Of a DNA stretch of 58,929 bases, positions 54,693-58,929 are shown piece by piece (the stretch's first letter is position 1; the number at the start of each line of letters is the position of its first letter). Below the pieces are notes generated by a model that ran no database searches, was not told the DNA's origin, and saw only the letters and a list, made by a program, of their open reading frames with translations. The DNA lies in NCBI GenBank assembly GCA_964346755.1, contig CAYFWJ010000004.1:1-58929 (forward strand). The letters run 5' to 3'. The translations under genes were made by a program, and so were the position numbers. Source of the stretch: an uncultured Ectothiorhodospiraceae bacterium. Lineage in GTDB: Bacteria > Pseudomonadota > Gammaproteobacteria > CAYFWJ01.

Positions 54693-55079
54693 TTACCGTG
54701 GGGTGGGCCGGGAGATGACATAGCTGACCGCGCCGATCACGATGACGACCAGCAAGGCCAGGACCCATTGGGGTGGTGGTGCGAGCCAGATCGAAAAGCT
54801 GACGCCGAGCGTGATCCCGAGAACGGCGTAGACCTTACCACGACGGGAGATACCCCCGTATTCGACGAAATCCTGGACTTGTCGGCCAAAGCGCGGATGG
54901 TTGTAGATCCGATCGCGCAGCTCCGGGGATGAACGCGTGAAGAAGATGGCCGCCACGATCCAAAAAGGAACGGTCGGCAGGAGGGGAACCCCGATGCCCA
55001 GGGTGCCGAGGGCAAAGAAGAAGGTACCGAGGGTTCGGTACAGGCGGCGGGGGATGAACGAGATGAGCGGTCGGCGCAT
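54693..55079 (-). CDS. ybaN: DUF454 (YbaN) inner-membrane protein
   Basis: LGTFFFALGTLGIGVPLLPTVPFWIVAAIFFTRSSPELRDRI is the hallmark YbaN motif, 128 aa. Confidence 0.85.
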   Translation of the reverse strand: MRRPLISFIPRRLYRTLGTFFFALGTLGIGVPLLPTVPFWIVAAIFFTRSSPELRDRIYNHPRFGRQVQDFVEYGGISRRGKVYAVLGITLGVSFSIWLAPPPQWVLALLVVIVIGAVSYVISRPTPR

Positions 55080-55281
55080 GGCGGCTGCAACAAGCTTGTG
55101 GAGGCGGATGGCGAGGCGATCCGAGGCGGTGCCGGACCTTATACGGTGTCGCTCACGCTACACGGTGGCCCCGGGCGGCTCAACCGGCCCCCGGGGCTCG
55201 CGCGTCCGGTCCCGGGGGTGGGCTCGGCCCCGGGACATCTCAGGTGTGCTCGGGCACGTTGCCGGATCCGAGCGACGGCGA

Positions 55282-58200
55282 TCACCCGAGCTCCCGGGGC
55301 GCATCCGTTGGCGGTCCGAGGAGTCGGAGGGCGGCCGGTAGCACGAACAGCGAGAGCAGTGGGGCCGTGATCATCCCACCGATCATCGGGGCGGCGATGC
55401 GGGTCATGACCTCGGAGCCGGGTCCGTGACCGAGGAATAGCGGCAAGAGTCCGGCCACCAGGACGGCAACGGTCATGATCTTGGGCCGGATGCGTTGAAC
55501 CGCACCTTCGAGGATAGCGGCTCGATAGGAGGTCGATGTCAAGGTCTCGCCGGCGTCATGGCGGCGGCGGACGGCCTGGTTGATGTAGAGGAGCATGATG
55601 ACTCCGAATTCAGCGGCGACCCCGGCCAGCGCGATCAACCCGACGGCGACGGCGACGGAGAAGGCGAAATCCAGGGCCCAGAGGAGCCACAGACCGCCGA
55701 CCAGGGCCAAGGGTAGGCTGGCGAGGACCAACAGCGATTGGTCCAGGCGGCCGAAGGCGAGATACAGCAGGATGAAGATCACCCCGAGGGTCGCCGGTCC
55801 GATGATCGCGAGCCGTTCCTGGGCCCGGTCCAGGTTCTGGTATTGACCGGACCAGGTCAGCGAGTAACCGGGGGGGAGATCCACGGCCTCCGCGACGCGG
55901 GCGCGGGCATCGCGCAGATACTCGTCGATCGGCCGATCGCGGACATCGACTAGGACCCACCCGTTGAGCCGGGCGTTCTCGCTCTTGATCATCGGCGGAC
56001 CCTCGGCGATGCGGATCTCGGCAATCCGTTGGAGCGGGATATGGGCACCGGTCGGGGTCACCAGAGGGAGGTTGCGCAGGGCCTCGAGGTCGTCTCGGTG
56101 GGCTCGGGGGTAGCGGATGTTGACCGGGTAACGTTCCCGGCCTTCGACCGTCCGGGTGACCTTCACGCCTCCGACCGCGGAGCCGATGATGGTGTTGATA
56201 TGGCCGATATTGAGCCCAAAGCGCGCGGCCTTGACCCGGTCGGGGCGGATCTCGATGTAACGCCCCCCGGTGACCCGGTCCGAGATCACCGAGGTGGTCC
56301 CGGGAACCGTGCCCAGGACGTCCTCAAGGCGTTGGCCGAGTCGATCGAGGGTCGCGAGCTCCGGGCCGGCGATCTTGAGCCCGATCGGGGTCTTGATGCC
56401 GGTGGAGATCATGTCGATCCGGGTCTTGATCGGCTGCACCCAGGCGTTGGTCAGCCCGGGCACCTGGACGGTCCGATCCAGCTCGGCGATCAGGCCATCG
56501 AGTGTGAGCCCGGCGCGCCACTCGCTCTTGGGTTTGAGCCGGATCATCGTCTCGATCATCGTCAGGGGCGCCGGGTCCGTCGCCGTTTCCGCACGGCCCA
56601 CCTTACCGAAGACCCGTTCCACCTCCGGGACCGAGGCGATCAGGCGATCGGTCTGCTGCAACAGTTCGCGGGCCTTGCCGATGGAGATGCCGGGCAGGGT
56701 CGTGGGCATATAGAACAGATCCCCTTCATCAATCCGCGGCATGAACTCCTGACCCAGGCCGGTCCCAAGAGCCGCCAGGGGGGTCCCGTCGAACCCCGCT
56801 TGCCAGGCGGCGTTGAGCTCGCGGCTCGCGGTGCGCAGGGCGGCGGCGGCCTGGGCAGTGGGGGCCTCGTCCGGGCCCCCCACGGCTTGATCGACCCACT
56901 CCACCGGGAGGCGCGCGGGCCACAGGAGTCCGCCGACGCCGGCGAGTGGGATCAGTCCGGATAGCAGCACCACGCCGGCGAGGGCGAGGGTAACCCGCGG
57001 GTGGTCGAGGACGCGCTCGAGTAGCGGCCGATAGAGCCCGATCAGGATTCGGTTGAGGGGGTTGGCCGCCTCCCGGGGTGGCCGGCCGCGGATCAAATAG
57101 CCGATCAGCACCGGCGTGAGGGTCACGGCGAAACCGGCGGCGGCCGCCATGGCGTAGGTTTTGGTGAAGGCGAGCGGGGCGAACAGGCGCCCCTCTTGAC
57201 CCTGTAGCGCGAATACGGGCAGGAAGCTCAAGGTAATGATGAGCAGGGAAAGGAACAGGGCGGGCCCCACCTCGGTAGTGGCGGCCCGGATGACCTGCCA
57301 TTGGGCCTCGCCCCGGGGTGGGGCGCCATGGGTTGCGTGGTAACGTTCTCGATGCTTGTGGGCGTTTTCGATCATCACGATGGCGGCATCCACCATGGCC
57401 CCGATGGCGATGGCGATACCCCCGAGGGCCATCAGGTTGGCCGTGATGCCTTGGGCATTCATGATGATGAACGCGACCGCGATGCCGAGGGGTAAGATGA
57501 CCAGGGCCACCACCGCCGAGCGCAGGTGGAAGAGGAAGAGCAGACAGACGAGGGCGACGACGAGGAATTCCTGGACGAGTTTGGTCTGAAGGTTGGCGAC
57601 CGTGCCACGGATGAGTTCCGAGCGATCGTAGGTCATCACGACCTCGACGCCTTCCGGCAGACTGGTGCGTAAGGCGGCGAGGCGGGCCTCGACGGCCTCG
57701 ATCACGGCGAGGGCATTCGCGCCATCCCGCATGACGACGATGCCGCCGACCACCTCCCCCGCCCCGTCCAGCTCGGCAACCCCCCGGCGCATCTCCGGGC
57801 CTAGACGCACGCGTGCGAGGTCCCGAATCAGGATCGGGGTCCCTTGGTCCGAGACCCCGACGGGGACAGTCTCGATCGCCTTAATGGAGTCCAGGTAGCC
57901 GAAGCCGCGGATCAGATACTCCGCCTCCCCCTGTTCCAATACCGAGCCACCGACCTCCCGGTTGCCCTCGATGATGGCCCGGCGCACCGCGTCGAGGGAG
58001 ACGCCGAAGGCCCTCAGCCGGTCCGGATCCACGACCACCTGATACTGTTTGACCATCCCGCCGACACTGGCGACCTCGGCGACGCCAGGCAGGGCTTGGA
58101 GCTCGAAGCGTAAGAACCAGTCCTGGAGACTGCGCAGATCGCTCAGATCCCGTTCGCCGCTGCGATCGACGAGGGCGTATTGGTAGACCCAGCCGACGCC

Positions 58201-58599
58201 CGTGGCGTCGGGGCCTAGCCGTGGCTCCACCCCTTCGGGCAGATCCCCGCTCGCCTCATTCAGGTACTCCAGGACCCGGGAGCGGGCCCAGTAGAGATCC
58301 GTCCCCTCCTCGAAGATGACGTAGACGAACGAGTCACCGAAATAGGAGAAGCCGCGGACGGTTTCCGCCTTGGGGACGGCGAGCAGGGTCGTTGTGATGG
58401 GGTAGGTGACCTGATCTTCGACCACTTGCGGTGACTGGCCGGGGAAGGGGGTGCGGACGATGACCTGGGTCTCGGAGAGGTCCGGGATGGCGTCCAAGGG
58501 CGCCCGCTGCATCTCGACGGCGCCCCAGACGGCCAGGAGGAGGGTCGCGAATAGGATGATGATGCGATAGCGTATCGACCAAGCGATCAGCGCGGCCAT
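55282..58599 (-). CDS. cusA: heavy-metal efflux RND transporter, CusA/CzcA family
   Basis: MAALIAWSIRYRIIILFATLLL...PLDAIPDLSETQVIV...GEFMP-type motif QEFMPRIDEGDLFYMPTTLPGIS and 12 predicted TM helices. It is 1105 aa, longer than typical because of an insertion after TM7. Confidence 0.93.
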   Translation of the reverse strand: MAALIAWSIRYRIIILFATLLLAVWGAVEMQRAPLDAIPDLSETQVIVRTPFPGQSPQVVEDQVTYPITTTLLAVPKAETVRGFSYFGDSFVYVIFEEGTDLYWARSRVLEYLNEASGDLPEGVEPRLGPDATGVGWVYQYALVDRSGERDLSDLRSLQDWFLRFELQALPGVAEVASVGGMVKQYQVVVDPDRLRAFGVSLDAVRRAIIEGNREVGGSVLEQGEAEYLIRGFGYLDSIKAIETVPVGVSDQGTPILIRDLARVRLGPEMRRGVAELDGAGEVVGGIVVMRDGANALAVIEAVEARLAALRTSLPEGVEVVMTYDRSELIRGTVANLQTKLVQEFLVVALVCLLFLFHLRSAVVALVILPLGIAVAFIIMNAQGITANLMALGGIAIAIGAMVDAAIVMIENAHKHRERYHATHGAPPRGEAQWQVIRAATTEVGPALFLSLLIITLSFLPVFALQGQEGRLFAPLAFTKTYAMAAAAGFAVTLTPVLIGYLIRGRPPREAANPLNRILIGLYRPLLERVLDHPRVTLALAGVVLLSGLIPLAGVGGLLWPARLPVEWVDQAVGGPDEAPTAQAAAALRTASRELNAAWQAGFDGTPLAALGTGLGQEFMPRIDEGDLFYMPTTLPGISIGKARELLQQTDRLIASVPEVERVFGKVGRAETATDPAPLTMIETMIRLKPKSEWRAGLTLDGLIAELDRTVQVPGLTNAWVQPIKTRIDMISTGIKTPIGLKIAGPELATLDRLGQRLEDVLGTVPGTTSVISDRVTGGRYIEIRPDRVKAARFGLNIGHINTIIGSAVGGVKVTRTVEGRERYPVNIRYPRAHRDDLEALRNLPLVTPTGAHIPLQRIAEIRIAEGPPMIKSENARLNGWVLVDVRDRPIDEYLRDARARVAEAVDLPPGYSLTWSGQYQNLDRAQERLAIIGPATLGVIFILLYLAFGRLDQSLLVLASLPLALVGGLWLLWALDFAFSVAVAVGLIALAGVAAEFGVIMLLYINQAVRRRHDAGETLTSTSYRAAILEGAVQRIRPKIMTVAVLVAGLLPLFLGHGPGSEVMTRIAAPMIGGMITAPLLSLFVLPAALRLLGPPTDAPRELG

Positions 58600-58686
58600 G
58601 GTTACAAGCTCCGGGAAAAGTCGTTGGTTTGGGGGCGTTCGCCGCGATCGGTCGCTTGCTCAACGGACTGGATGCCACGACCCGGG

Positions 58687-58929
58687 TCAGCGGATGGTTA
58701 CGGTGATTGGAGCTGATTCTGCCCGTACGAGGCGACTGAGAATAACGGGTGCCCCGGTTTGGATCCCGGAATCGAGGGATCCGGTGCGGATGAAGCCACC
58801 GCTGGGGTGTGCCATGGATTTCGGGTCGTGTGGGCGCTCTGGGGGCTCGCTGTCAGGGGACGCCATGGACTCGTCCCGGCGGCTTGCTGTATCACCCGGG
58901 CGGGTCGCACGCCAGGGCGACCCTTCGAC
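58687..58929 (-). CDS. C-terminal end of an upstream ORF, possibly the RND periplasmic adaptor (runs off the window)
   Basis: An open frame from the window edge to TGA at 58687-58689. The tail ...LDSGIQTGAPVILSRLVRAESAPITVTIR resembles the usual adaptor C-terminus (..SGL..GD.VV......L..G..V.V). Its position 87 nt upstream of cusA fits cusB/czcB. The evidence is weak. Confidence 0.35.
   Translation of the reverse strand, partial: VEGSPWRATRPGDTASRRDESMASPDSEPPERPHDPKSMAHPSGGFIRTGSLDSGIQTGAPVILSRLVRAESAPITVTIR

Overview
The window is a GC-rich chromosomal segment with gammaproteobacterial gene order. It is dominated by housekeeping operons. These include bamB'-yfgM-hisS / pilW-rlmN-ndk, queF plus an FGGY kinase, zipA-gatCAB-hslO, yciO-M50 protease-trpS-pgi, and exbBD-msbA-(WaaA-like)-lpxK-ycaR-kdsB. 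They continue with acs, ligA, ttcA, tRNA-Leu(CAA), queA-tgt-yajC-secDF, suhB, a REC-PAS-GGDEF-EAL protein, ybaN, and a CusA/CzcA-type RND pump. I found no CRISPR array, rRNA, intact IS element or recognisable defence operon. Four regions are not explained by core functions. (1) A kinase-less module at 12.4-15.4 kb has an OmpR-type regulator, a small HTH-like ORF, a tandem V4R sensor gene broken by an in-frame TAA, and a DUF2892 gene. (2) A NERD protein is followed by two large lipoproteins at 20.5-23.5 kb. (3) A catalytically degenerate WaaA-like ORF is translationally coupled between msbA and lpxK. (4) A coding-sparse patch of about 4 kb at 32.5-36.5 kb holds an orphan multi-domain DNA-binding protein, about 970 bp without a credible ORF, a glycine-zipper lipoprotein and a promoter-like element. 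All calls come from reading the translations and motifs by eye. No searches were run.
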